A stretch of DNA of 64,000 nucleotides, taken from positions 64,001 through 128,000 of the forward strand of contig JBBQUR010000002.1 in NCBI GenBank assembly GCA_038212275.1. Direction: 5' to 3'. The notes beneath the pieces were generated by a model, which worked only from the letters and a program-made list of their open reading frames with translations, was not told the DNA's origin and ran no database searches. The translations under genes and the position numbers were made by a program. This DNA is from Planctomycetota bacterium. GTDB taxonomy: Bacteria; Planctomycetota; B15-G4. Below, piece after piece: positions 50,401-59,299 of the stretch. Positions within the stretch are counted from its first letter, which is position 1, and the number at the start of each line of letters is the position of its first letter.

Positions 50401-52832
50401 ACCTGTCGGAGCTGGCCGGCGTGCGCGAGAGCGATGCGCTCTACGTGGAACTTCTCGGCCGGCACGGCCAGAGTACGGACCGTTTCGTGGCAGCTGCTGC
50501 GAGCCTCGCGCGGCGCCGCGGCACGACACCCGCGCAGGAGTTGCTGGCCGCCATCGGTCGCGCCGACGCGCGCAGCGACGGCCACGCGGACCACCTGCTC
50601 TCCGGACTCTTCGAGGCCGTCGCCGCGCTGCCTGCCGACACGCAGGCCGAGCTCGCCGCGCCGATGGCCGCGCTGGCCACCGACGCCCGCCGGCCGAGCA
50701 CGCGGCGCCTCGCCACGGTGGCCCGCCTGCGCGCCGACGGCGACGTCGAGCGTGCGTGGGTGACGGCCTGCGCCTCGCCCGCCGCGCTCATCGACCTGCT
50801 CGACGCGCTGCCCTTCCTGCACGACCCCGCGCTGGCCGAGGCGCTCTTCCCGCGCCTGCTCGCGTTGCTCGACACGCTGCCGCCGCAGCTCGCGGCGAGC
50901 GGCGCGGGTGCGCCGGCAGGGGCGGGCGGCCATGGCGCAGGTGGCGCAGGTGGCGCAGGTGGCGCAGGTGGCGCAGGTGGCGCAGGTGGCGCAGGCGACG
51001 CAGGCGACGCGGGTGGCGCGGGCGAAGCGGGCGACGCGGCCGCTTCGTTGCGCGGCACGCCGGGCCGCTTCGTCCGCGTGGAGCTGCCCGGCCCGGCGCA
51101 CACGCTCACGCTCGCCGAAGTGCAGGTCTTCTCGCGCGGCGAGAACGTCGCGCGGCGCGGCACGGCGAGCCAGTCGAGCACGGCCTGGGGCGGCGTCGCG
51201 GCGCGCGCGCTCGACGGCAACACGAGCGGCACCTTCGCCGACGAAGGCCAGACGCACACATCCGAGGACCGCCCCGACCCGTGGTGGGAGGTGGACCTCG
51301 GCAGCGAGCAGCCGATCGAGAGCATCGTCCTGTGGAATCGCACCGAGGACGGCGGGCGCTGGGTCTCGCGTCTCGACGGCTACGTCGTGCGCGTGCTGGA
51401 CGGTCAGCGGCGCACCAGCTTCGAGGCGCACGGCGAGCGCGCCACGCCCGAGAGCATGGTGCTGCAGATCGGTTCGCCCGCGCAGGCAGTGCGACGCGCC
51501 GCGGTCGCCGCGCTGCCGGCGCTGGGCGTGCGTGAAGCGGACGCCGTGACCGCGCTCGTCGCGCGCTTCGATGACGACGAGCTGCGCGGCGCGATCGTCG
51601 CGGCGCTGCGCGCCGTGCCCGCGTCGCGCTGGCCCGCGGCCGCGCGCACGGCGCTGGCCGAAGCGCTGCTGGCGGACTTCGCGCGCCCCGATGCCGGCGA
51701 CTTCGGCAGCGACGCCGGCCGCGCGCGTCTCGCACTGGCCGACGAGCTGGCGCCGGCCCTCCGCGCGAACGGCAGTGTCGGCGGCGAGCTGGCCACGCGG
51801 CTCGCGGCGGCGCGCGAGCGGCTCGGGCCGCAGGTCATCGTCATCCGGCCGGTGCCGGACAGCCTGCGCTTCGACCGCACGGAGTTCGCCGTCGTCGCGG
51901 GCCGGCCCGTCGAGCTGGTCTTCGAGAACCGCGACATCATGCCGCACAACCTCGTGATCGCCGCGCCGGGCGCGCTGGCCACGGTGGGCATCGCCGGCGA
52001 GAAGCTTGCCGCCGATCCCGAGGCCGCCGCGCGCGGCTGGGTGCCGGACCTGCCCGAGGTGCTGCACGCCAGCCGCCTGCTGAATCCCGGCGAGAGCCAG
52101 ACGCTTGCCTTCGACGCGCCGGCCACGCCCGCCGACCATCCCTACGTGTGCACCTTCCCGGGCCACTGGCTCCGCATGAACGGCGTCATGCACGTCGTGC
52201 GCGAGGAGGACCTGGCCGCGACGCGCGCCGCGATCGCCGCGCGTGCGGACGTCGCCGTGACGGGCAACGCGCCCTCGCGGCGCTTCGTGCGCCTGTGGAC
52301 ACCGGCGGATTTCGCGACGGACCTGAACGCCGTCGATCACGCCTCGCCGCAGCGCGGGCGCGCGGTGCTGGATGCCGCCTCGTGCCTGCGCTGCCACAGC
52401 ATCGCGGGCGACGGCGAAGGCGGCACCACCGGGCCGGAACTGCGCGGGGCCGTCGGCAGGCATGAGCGGGCCGCGCTGCTCGCGCAGGTGCTGGAGCCGT
52501 CGGCCCTCATCGCGGAGGGCTACGGTGCGGAGCTCTTCTTCCTGCGCGGCGGAGGCGTCGTCTCCGGGCGCGTGCTCGGCAAGGACGGGCGCGTCGTGCG
52601 CGTGCTGGACGACCCGTACGGCGCCACGCCCCGCGAGGTGCCGCTCGATCAGATCGAGGAGCGTCGCGTCTCGGAGGTGTCGATCATGCCCGAGGGATTG
52701 CTCACGACTTTCTCTCGCGAGGAGATCCTCGACCTGCTCGCCTACCTGGAGTCGCTGCGGCTGCAGCCGGCGTCCACGCCGGGAGTCGCGCCGGAATCAG
52801 GACCCGCGCCGGCGACGACGCCCGGGCGCTGA
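47406..52832 (+). CDS. PVC-type heme-binding CxxCH membrane-bound dehydrogenase (GDSL + propeller + HEAT + discoidin/fucolectin + cupredoxin + cytochrome c)
   Basis: FGFNES/DGIHLN; NPVQMAWDTRGRLWV, NFRPVDIEVGPDGA; ALDGNT..PWWEVDLG; MPHN..YVCTFPGHW.RM; CLRCH..GPEL, SIMPEG. Confidence 0.9.
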   Translation: MSTSRLPFAPQLRLHVLLQSLLQSLLLSVLLSVLLSSAAAQASPQAGVPAVDAQSVPQAALAAAAVQPRSATEVLRAGDRICLVGGALAERFQHDGWIEARLQCRLPELGLSFRNLGFTADTLTVRQRTDGFGTQDEWLTRCRASVIFGFFGFNESFAGEAGLPQFRTDLAEWLQHVQGQRYDGVAAPRVVLFSPTPAEELHDPHLPTAASHNARLAPYVAAMADVAREHGVPFVNLFAPLRDGFALSLPPPVGADGRPGPEHLTIDGIHLNERGNESLASLIESALVPATHEASFAPDAARLASVRALVQAKNDLWWNRYRVTDGYNVYGGRSALSYDGLTNFVVLQRELEILDAETAQHDERIVAAARGDAQLASSPAGRGDIAVPEPIPVPTNRPGEGPGGRHEFRDGESAIALMTPAPGMAVNLFADEARFPELANPVQMAWDTRGRLWVAAWPTYPHWAPNDPTGDRLLILEDEDGDGRADTCKVFADDLHNPTGFEFWNGGVFVAEAPDLLFLKDTDGDDRADFVERTLGGLASSDTHHSANSFVLGPDGALYFQEGIFHQTQIETVYGPVRNHDACAWRYEPRTRRVERYAAYGFLNPHGHVFDRWGQDFLTDGTTNENFVAGPMAGYVEEPRKHPGTFTFFAQRSRPAAATEILSSSHFPAENQGNYLIANVIGFQGIFQYRLADDGAGFSATEVEPLVHSADPNFRPVDIEVGPDGAVYFLDWQAPLIGHMQHHLRDPSRDHSHGRVYRVTCIDRPLSAPVPIAGRPIEELVALLASPDDRVRYRTRIELSARDSDEVVFAARAWAAAVLRTDAYSGHAAGREHDLLEALWLQEQHQVLDRELLMRVLASPDAHARAASVRVLRHLRAQFAAGVGLFGSQPGAPAWVPSVAHATPLIDAPGALDLLAKAATDPEARVRLEVVVACSFFPEARAAEIALTAWRAGHDRFLDYALDETLATLAPQWRAALASGQPLAANDPEALALLLARLDLSELAGVRESDALYVELLGRHGQSTDRFVAAAASLARRRGTTPAQELLAAIGRADARSDGHADHLLSGLFEAVAALPADTQAELAAPMAALATDARRPSTRRLATVARLRADGDVERAWVTACASPAALIDLLDALPFLHDPALAEALFPRLLALLDTLPPQLAASGAGAPAGAGGHGAGGAGGAGGAGGAGGAGGAGDAGDAGGAGEAGDAAASLRGTPGRFVRVELPGPAHTLTLAEVQVFSRGENVARRGTASQSSTAWGGVAARALDGNTSGTFADEGQTHTSEDRPDPWWEVDLGSEQPIESIVLWNRTEDGGRWVSRLDGYVVRVLDGQRRTSFEAHGERATPESMVLQIGSPAQAVRRAAVAALPALGVREADAVTALVARFDDDELRGAIVAALRAVPASRWPAAARTALAEALLADFARPDAGDFGSDAGRARLALADELAPALRANGSVGGELATRLAAARERLGPQVIVIRPVPDSLRFDRTEFAVVAGRPVELVFENRDIMPHNLVIAAPGALATVGIAGEKLAADPEAAARGWVPDLPEVLHASRLLNPGESQTLAFDAPATPADHPYVCTFPGHWLRMNGVMHVVREEDLAATRAAIAARADVAVTGNAPSRRFVRLWTPADFATDLNAVDHASPQRGRAVLDAASCLRCHSIAGDGEGGTTGPELRGAVGRHERAALLAQVLEPSALIAEGYGAELFFLRGGGVVSGRVLGKDGRVVRVLDDPYGATPREVPLDQIEERRVSEVSIMPEGLLTTFSREEILDLLAYLESLRLQPASTPGVAPESGPAPATTPGR

Positions 52833-52963
52833 GGCTTCGTTCCGCAGCAGTCGTCTGCGGACTCTGCACGACTCCGACGCGTGCGTCGAGGTGCCGTGCC
52901 GCGTCGGCAGGCATTCGAGAGGCCGGGTAGACTCCCCGGCCCCCCATCCCACGGATCTCAACG

Positions 52964-54475
52964 ATGCTTGCCACCCTCGTGACCCTTGCGGCGACTGCTT
53001 TCGCCACGCTTGCCGTCGTCCCCGCCGCGCAGGCCGCCGACCTCACGCTCTCCAAGGTGGGCGGCGGCGCGCTGCAGACCACGACGCTCACGCTCAAGGG
53101 CAACCCGGGCACCAGATACCTGCTGCTCGTGTCGCCGTACGAACAGGCCGAGCAGATCAAGCCGGGTGTCGTGCTGGAGATCCCGACGGCATTCATCGAC
53201 CTCTCGGTCACGGTGCCGGGCTTTGCCGGCGCGCTCTCCGCGGGCGGCGTCGCGCAGGCCAGCTTCGTGCTGCCGGCGGACCCGGTGATCCTCGGCCTCG
53301 TGCTCTCCTTCCAGGCGCTGGACTTCCAGCCGATCACGCAGGCGTCCAACCTCGTGCGCCTGACGCCGGCGCTGCCGGGCAGCTTCGAGAACACGCTGGG
53401 CGACGCGGCGCTGCCGCTGGCCGGCGGCGCGGCCATCGAGCGGGCCGACGGCACGGTGCTGCTCGTCGGCGGCTCGGGCCCGGTGACGCAGATCTACGAC
53501 AGCAATCGCGAGGAGTTCAGCGTGGGCGGCGCGTCTTTCGGCGTCGGCCTGCTCGGGCAGTCCACCGCGCTGGCGGACGGGCGCATCCTCTTCACCGGCG
53601 GCTTCGGCCTCGACGGCCAGCCGAGCACGGCCGCCGCGCTCTACGACCCCGTCACCGACACGACCACGACGCTGGCCATGCTCTTCCCGCGTGCGGGCCA
53701 CGGCGCGTCGCTCATGCCGAGCGGCAAGGTGCTCATCACCGGCGGTTTCTCGGCCTTCGCGCTGACCGACGTCCTTGCGCTGCTGCAGGGCATTCAGGGC
53801 AGCACGGAGATCTTCGATCCCGCCACGCTGGCGTTCACCGCGGGCCCGACGCTGCTCGAGCCGCGCGCGCTGCACACCTCCACGACGACCTCCACCGGCC
53901 GTGTGCTCATCGCCGGCGGCCTCACGCTGGTGCCCATCGTGAACATCCCGACGGTGTCGGCCACGGCGTACAACTTCAACCCGGCCAACAACTCCTTCGG
54001 CCTGCCGATCTTCTTCTCCGGGGCGCGCCTCATGCACTCCGCCGTCGCGCTGGACAATGGCAAGGTGCTGCTCGTCGGCGGTCTCACTGCGGACCTCGCG
54101 GGCGTGCTCGCCTCGGGCGACCTCACGCAGATCGCGATCGGCTCCGTGGGCAACGGCCAGCTCTGGACGACCAACTTCCTCGGCGGCTCCTTCACCACCG
54201 TGCCGGGCCTGTCCGTGCCGCGTGCCGGCGCCGGTGTCGCCGCGCTGCCGGGCGGCGGCGCACTCATCGCGGGCGGCCTGCAATTCGACCTGTCGAGCGC
54301 GGCCCTCGGCCTCACGCCGCAGACGGCGTGCGACGTCTACTCGTCCGCCTCCGGCTTCGCTTCCATCGCGGACCTCGCCGCCGCGCGCACGCTCCCCGTG
54401 CTCGAGCGCCTCAACGACGGCACCGTCCTGGTGGTCGGCGGCGGCCCGCTGAGCGCGGAGATCTTCCAGCCCTGA
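52964..54475 (+). CDS. Secreted kelch-repeat protein
   Basis: Signal peptide AQA-A; repeats L.DG.VL..GG..AE(I/L)YDP and PR..H.A. Confidence 0.85.
   Translation: MLATLVTLAATAFATLAVVPAAQAADLTLSKVGGGALQTTTLTLKGNPGTRYLLLVSPYEQAEQIKPGVVLEIPTAFIDLSVTVPGFAGALSAGGVAQASFVLPADPVILGLVLSFQALDFQPITQASNLVRLTPALPGSFENTLGDAALPLAGGAAIERADGTVLLVGGSGPVTQIYDSNREEFSVGGASFGVGLLGQSTALADGRILFTGGFGLDGQPSTAAALYDPVTDTTTTLAMLFPRAGHGASLMPSGKVLITGGFSAFALTDVLALLQGIQGSTEIFDPATLAFTAGPTLLEPRALHTSTTTSTGRVLIAGGLTLVPIVNIPTVSATAYNFNPANNSFGLPIFFSGARLMHSAVALDNGKVLLVGGLTADLAGVLASGDLTQIAIGSVGNGQLWTTNFLGGSFTTVPGLSVPRAGAGVAALPGGGALIAGGLQFDLSSAALGLTPQTACDVYSSASGFASIADLAAARTLPVLERLNDGTVLVVGGGPLSAEIFQP
54398..54461 (+). repeat. Direct repeat copy 1 (3' end of the kelch gene)
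   Basis: Near-identical to 57367-57431. Confidence 0.85.
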
Positions 54476-54520
54476 GGCAGGTGCGGGCGGGCTCGCGAGG
54501 CCTGCCGCCCGAGCCGTCAG

Positions 54521-55777
54521 CTACACGCGCAGCAGGCGGGCCGCTTCCTCGGCGAGCGGATGCTCGAAGGCGCTGGCGTATGCAACGAGCGTCGCGGCCT
54601 TGAGGCGCAGTGCGCGGCCGGCGACGCGCCAGCCCGAGACCGCCGTGAACACCTCGCGCAGGATCTGCTTCGCCGTGTCGGCCGGCAGGCCGAAGCGCGG
54701 CGCAAGCGCGAGCGCTCCGGCGATGCTCGGGTCTTCGCCGTCCTCGCTCAGGGGGGTCTGGCCCGCACGCGCCCGCTCCATCTCGGGCACGGGATTGAGG
54801 TCGTAGGCCGGCGAGAGCGCCCAGCGGCCCGCCGCCCGCATGAGGAAGCCATGGTTGCGGAGGTGGTCGTCGACGTTGCTGGCGAGCAGCGAGAAGGCCA
54901 TGCGGCGCCACAGTTCGCGCAGGTCGGCCGCGACGTCGTCGCCGTGCTGGCGGATGCCATCCGCCAGCATCGTGTAGCTGCCGCGGCCGGAGTCCCCGCT
55001 CGTCTCGCGACCGGGAGCGGTCGGCATGCCGAGCAGGCTCGCTCCGGAGAGAAAGGGAGTGCGCTGGCCGCCGGCCCGATCGAAGCGCGTGATGACGGCG
55101 GCGTGCTTGCCGCGCACCGTCGCCAGTCGATGCTCCGCGACACGGATGCCGCACGAGCGTGCGAGGTGCAACGCGAGAATCTCCCCGGCGGCGATGTCGC
55201 GCGTGTCGTCGGGCTTGGGAAACTTCGCGAGGGCGAGATCGCCGCCGGCGAGGCTGACTGCGCACTTGGGTCGTGCGCCGCCCAGCGGCGAGCCGGCGCC
55301 GAGGAGGAAGCGCAGATCGTCCGCGGTGTCGGTTTCCGCGTGGATCGCGTCCGTGGCGGCCAGCAGGGCGGCGAGGCGCACGAGGGGAGGAACCCTGCCA
55401 CCGGTGGCGGCGAGGAAGGGGCTGCCGGCGTCGTGCCGGAAACGGAGCGCCCCGAGTCGCGTGGCGTCGTCGAGCGCGAGCACGAAATCCAGGTCGCGAT
55501 ACGGTCTGCTCTCAAGGACTCTTCTGCGCACGGCGCGTTCGATGAGCACGCGGCCCCAGCGATCGGGACCGCAGTCGGCCACGGCACCGAAGAGCGACGG
55601 CGCATGCTGCGCCCCGGATCGGAGCGGCAGGGAGGTGGGGTCGATCGCGAAGGCGCCCGCGTGCGTGAGCCATGCGCGCGCATACTCGAACGCGACGGAC
55701 GGCCCGCGCTCCGCGGCGTGCAGTCGCCCGACGAGCCGCGTCTCGCCCTGCCAGTCCACGTGCACTTCGACGCTCAT
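54521..55777 (-). CDS. hipA: HipA-family toxin kinase
   Basis: PDRWGR, GSPLGGARPK, LAKFP, RFDR, NVDDHLRNHGFL, LSPAYDLNP. Confidence 0.92.
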   Translation of the reverse strand: MSVEVHVDWQGETRLVGRLHAAERGPSVAFEYARAWLTHAGAFAIDPTSLPLRSGAQHAPSLFGAVADCGPDRWGRVLIERAVRRRVLESRPYRDLDFVLALDDATRLGALRFRHDAGSPFLAATGGRVPPLVRLAALLAATDAIHAETDTADDLRFLLGAGSPLGGARPKCAVSLAGGDLALAKFPKPDDTRDIAAGEILALHLARSCGIRVAEHRLATVRGKHAAVITRFDRAGGQRTPFLSGASLLGMPTAPGRETSGDSGRGSYTMLADGIRQHGDDVAADLRELWRRMAFSLLASNVDDHLRNHGFLMRAAGRWALSPAYDLNPVPEMERARAGQTPLSEDGEDPSIAGALALAPRFGLPADTAKQILREVFTAVSGWRVAGRALRLKAATLVAYASAFEHPLAEEAARLLRV

Positions 55778-56088
55778 GGGCGCGGCCTGCGGATGCGCTT
55801 CGGCAGCCGGAGCTCGTCGAGGCCGAGCGCCAACTCATCGGTCGCGGGTGTGGCGAGGCTCCCGAGCCGATCGTGAAGCTGGAGGATGAAGGCCACCGTG
55901 GCCAGCGTGCCGGTCGCGACCGTCGGGTCGCCGCGCTCCAGGCGCCACAGCGTGTCGCGGCTGACGAAGGCGCGCGCCGCCATGTCGGCCGTGGAAATGC
56001 CGCGCTTGCGCCGGGCAAGTGAGAGGTCACGGCCAAGCCTGCGGAGTGCGTGCACCACGGGCAGCGGATGGGAGGATGCCTTGGACAT
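55774..56088 (-). CDS. XRE/HTH antitoxin (HipB-like)
   Basis: ARRKRGIS..MAARAFVSRDTLWRLERGDPTV; ATGA overlap with hipA. Confidence 0.85.
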   Translation of the reverse strand: MSKASSHPLPVVHALRRLGRDLSLARRKRGISTADMAARAFVSRDTLWRLERGDPTVATGTLATVAFILQLHDRLGSLATPATDELALGLDELRLPKRIRRPRP

Positions 56089-56148
56089 CGACATAATGTC
56101 GGCCATAGCAGTCAATAAATCAAATAACGTTGGATATGACGGTCATAT
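56089..56148. promoter_or_regulatory. Palindromic operators in the AT-rich hipBA promoter
   Basis: CGACAT-A-ATGTCG (56089-56101) and ATATGAC-G-GTCATAT (56134-56148). Confidence 0.55.
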
Positions 56149-56442
56149 GGGATCGCAGATCCCAAGCCATGGAGGGGTGCTTCAGGCGTGATTCGGGACG
56201 CCACCCCACGCGTGGTGATCTGGGCTCAGGCCTGTCCGGCGCCGCGCGGTGGCAGCTCGGTCTGCTCGGCGCGCCAGACTTCCGGGTCGAATTCGCACAT
56301 CAGCGCCACGAAGCCCGTCACCAGGCCGGGCACGCCGGCGACCAGCGTGCGGTTGTGCTCCGAGAGCCTGGATGGAATGAGAAGAACACCCGGCCCGCCC
56401 CCTGCCTGATCATTCACGTCATGAATGATGATCATTCACGCG

Positions 56443-57375
56443 GTGAAGATCATTCCACGGCTGCTCGGAGACGCCTTGCGCGAGCGGCTGCGGGTCATGC
56501 CCGCGGTCGTCGTGACCGGGGCGCTTTCTCATCACGGGCTCAGCCAACCTGCTGCTGATGCGCCAAGTCGGCGAATCAGTGGCCGGCCGTGCGAGCTACC
56601 TCACGCCGTGGCCGATGACGAGGCGCGAGCAGCAGGGCCACGGGCGCTGCGGCGTGTGGGACGAGTTGCTCGCGGCCCGCGACGACGAGTGGCTGGACAT
56701 CCTCGCGGCGCATCCTGACGAGCCGGACGACTGGCGCGCCCTGGCTCGCCGGGGCGGCTATCCGACGCCTTCCATGGAGCTGCAGACCGCCGCCGAGCGC
56801 GCCATCTGGTTCGACGGCTACGCCCGCACCTACCTGGAGCGTGACCTGCAGGATCTCGCATCCATCGCCGCATTGCCCGACTTCCGCCGGCTGATGCGCG
56901 CCGCAAGCCTCAGGCTCGGGCAACTTCTCAATCAGACCGAGCTGGCCCGCGACGTGGCCCTGCCGCAGCCCACCGTGCACCGCTGGCTCAACCTGCTCGA
57001 GACTTCCTGCCTGCTCGTGCGTCTTCCGGCTTTCGCAGTGAACCGCACCAAGCGACTCATCAAGTCGCCCAAGCTCTACTGGAACGACACCGGCCTGGCG
57101 TGATGCGCGTCTCGATCGCGCGGAGCTGAGTTACTGGCGACCGGCGACCGGCGACCGGCGAGGAAGTGGACTTCGTGATCGAGACCGCGGGGAAACTTCT
57201 GCCGATCGAGGTCAAGGCCGCCGCACGCCCGCGACTCGGCGATGCCACCCACCTTCGCAGTTTCCGCACCGAGTACGGAAAGAAGTCCCGCGCCGCGCTG
57301 CTGCTGCACACCGGCAGCACGCTGGAATGGCTCGCACCCGACGTGCTGGCCGCGCCGTGGTGGAGGGTGCTCTGA
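56443..57375 (+). pseudogene. Decayed AAA_14/DUF4143 ATPase
   Basis: PAVVVTGA breaks off mid Walker A; other frames give FLITGSANL..ESVAGR, GGYP, YARTYLERDL, KRLIKSPKLYWNDTGL*, YWR..EEVDFVIE..PIEVK. Confidence 0.8.
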
Positions 57376-57431
57376 GCGCCTGGCCAACGGCTCCGTCCTG
57401 GTGGTCGGCGGCGGCCCGATGAGCGCGGAGA
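57367..57431 (+). repeat. Direct repeat copy 2 of the kelch gene 3' end
   Basis: Encodes ERLANGSVLVVGGGPMSAE versus ERLNDGTVLVVGGGPLSAE in the kelch gene. Confidence 0.85.
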
Positions 57432-57670
57432 GGCGTGCGCCCCGCGTCCAGTCACGCGACGTTTGAGACGCCGCGCCATCCGCGAAGTGCGGACGGCGCG
57501 GCGCGAGATGCGCCCACCGGGAGCCTGTGCAGCGAGGCTGCTGCCCTGGACGCCACACTTTCCCTGGCGAATGGCCGGCCGTGAACTTGGCGTTCAGCCG
57601 ACGCCCATTCTTGCGTTCAGCCGCCCGGCACGGCTTCCACCCGCCATACCCCGGATCGCCAAGCCCTACC

Positions 57671-57776
57671 CCCCGATACCTCGCGTCTCGGCTGCGCGAG
57701 GCTCTTGGCGACACGCCCGCCGTCCTGATCAACGGCCCGCGGCAGAGCGGCGAGCCCACGCTCGCGCGTGCCGTCG
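57671..57776 (+). pseudogene. 5' fragment of a second AAA/DUF4143 ATPase
   Basis: PRYLASRLREALGDTPAVLINGPRQSGEPTLAR (decayed GPRQSGKTTLA). Confidence 0.65.
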
Positions 57777-57910
57777 GCGAGCCGCGCGGGTACCCACCCA
57801 ATCACCCGCAGCGTGTCCCCCCGGTGCCGTGCTGGCCGCGCCCCATGTTGGACGGTGCTCTAAGCGCGGGCCGGTTGACCTGCACGGCTGAAGCCCGGCA
57901 GTGAAGCCGC

Positions 57911-59086
57911 CTACTCCCCCGCCGGCAGCGCGAGGTCCAGCGGATGGACGCCGGGCTTGTGCTTGCCGAAGCCGAACATCGTCGGCTCGTAGCTGCCGAC
58001 GAGGTCCACGTTGCTGCGCTCCGGGATCTCCTGCGCGAGCAGCAGGCACCAGTAGCAGGCATTCACGAGCAGGCGGCGCAGGTCTTCGGACTGCAGGTCC
58101 ACGGAGGCGCCCATGGTCGAGCAGAGCACGCGTTGCGCGCCGCTGCCGGGCAGCGCGATCTCGCGGATCCAGGTGACGGGCATGCGCGGCTCGTTGCGGC
58201 CGTCGGTCACGGGCGGCGAGCTGCTGCTCATGCCGGAGAGCACCTCGCCCTCCAGCAGCACGGTGGCGTCGGGCGGCAGCGGCCCGACGGTGTAGACGTC
58301 GGTCGGGCCCCACACGTCGGAGACGCCGCGCAGGATCGCGTGCGCCGCGACGCCGTCCGGGATCACGCCGCGCGTGCTCTCCTCGCCGTGGTGGCCGTAG
58401 TGCGCGACCCAGGTTTCGCCGAGCACCTGCTTGCCGAAGCCGCCGGGATACGCCGCGTCCGTGCTGTCCCAGCTCCAGCTGGCGTAGGGGCTCTTGCTGC
58501 CCGCGTCGTAGGCGAAGGCGTGCGTCGCGGTGCGCAGGCCGATGACCGGGCGCTTGCTGTTCACGAAGTTCACGAGGTGCGCCATGTCCTCGTCGGGCAG
58601 CTGGCGGAAGCGCGTGAAGAGCACGAGCAAGTCGGCGTGATCAACGGCATCGATGCCGGGGATGTGGTCGCGCGCGCCGGGGTCGATGCTGCCGTCGGCG
58701 GCGGTCGAGAAGAGCACCGTGCAGCGGAAGCCGTGGCGCACGGCGAGGATCTTCGCCAGTTGCGGCAGCGCTTCCTCGGAGCGGTATTCCTCGTCGCCGG
58801 CAATGAGCACGATGTGCCGGCCGGCGCCCGGGCCCGGGCCGGGTTCATAGGTCAGCGCGGGCAGCGCGGCGATCCGCGCGGCTTCGGCAGCGGCAGCCGC
58901 CTGTGCAGCTTGCGCGGTCGCCTCGGCCTCCTCGGCGGCGGCCTGCGCGAGATCATCGGACGCGCATCCCGCCAGGACCAGCGTGCCAGTCAACGCGCCG
59001 GTCAGCGCGCAGGTCAGCGCGCAGATCAGGGCGCAGGTCCGAGCACCGATCCGTGCGCTCGTCGTCGGCATCAGGCTTCGCAGCAT
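57911..59086 (-). CDS. ThuA-like (class I GAT-fold) domain lipoprotein
   Basis: Lipobox LAGC; HIVLIAGDEEYRSEE, FTRFR, GLRTATHAF, LVNACYW. Confidence 0.85.
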   Translation of the reverse strand: MLRSLMPTTSARIGARTCALICALTCALTGALTGTLVLAGCASDDLAQAAAEEAEATAQAAQAAAAAEAARIAALPALTYEPGPGPGAGRHIVLIAGDEEYRSEEALPQLAKILAVRHGFRCTVLFSTAADGSIDPGARDHIPGIDAVDHADLLVLFTRFRQLPDEDMAHLVNFVNSKRPVIGLRTATHAFAYDAGSKSPYASWSWDSTDAAYPGGFGKQVLGETWVAHYGHHGEESTRGVIPDGVAAHAILRGVSDVWGPTDVYTVGPLPPDATVLLEGEVLSGMSSSSPPVTDGRNEPRMPVTWIREIALPGSGAQRVLCSTMGASVDLQSEDLRRLLVNACYWCLLLAQEIPERSNVDLVGSYEPTMFGFGKHKPGVHPLDLALPAGE

Positions 59087-59299
59087 CGCAGTCGGGCTCC
59101 CGTTCGGTGTGACGCAGGACACGTTACCGATTGCCGCCGCCCGCAGGCACCGGCCCGTCCGTGACGGGTGTGGCGAGAGGCACTCCGGGGACACGGCGGC
59201 CTCGTCGACCGGCCCTTCGGCGGCTGCGGCGCGCGCAGGCTCGGTTTGTCTGCGGGCCCGCGCCACGGGTACCGTGCGCTCTTCCCCCGGAGTCCCGCC

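Noticed and set aside
56226..56435. 69-aa minus-strand ORF between hipB and the DUF4143 pseudogene
   Set aside because: Part looks protein-like and may be another remnant, but no family can be recognised.
54521..57375. Prophage or IS element
   Set aside because: No integrase, transposase, terminal inverted repeats or phage genes.
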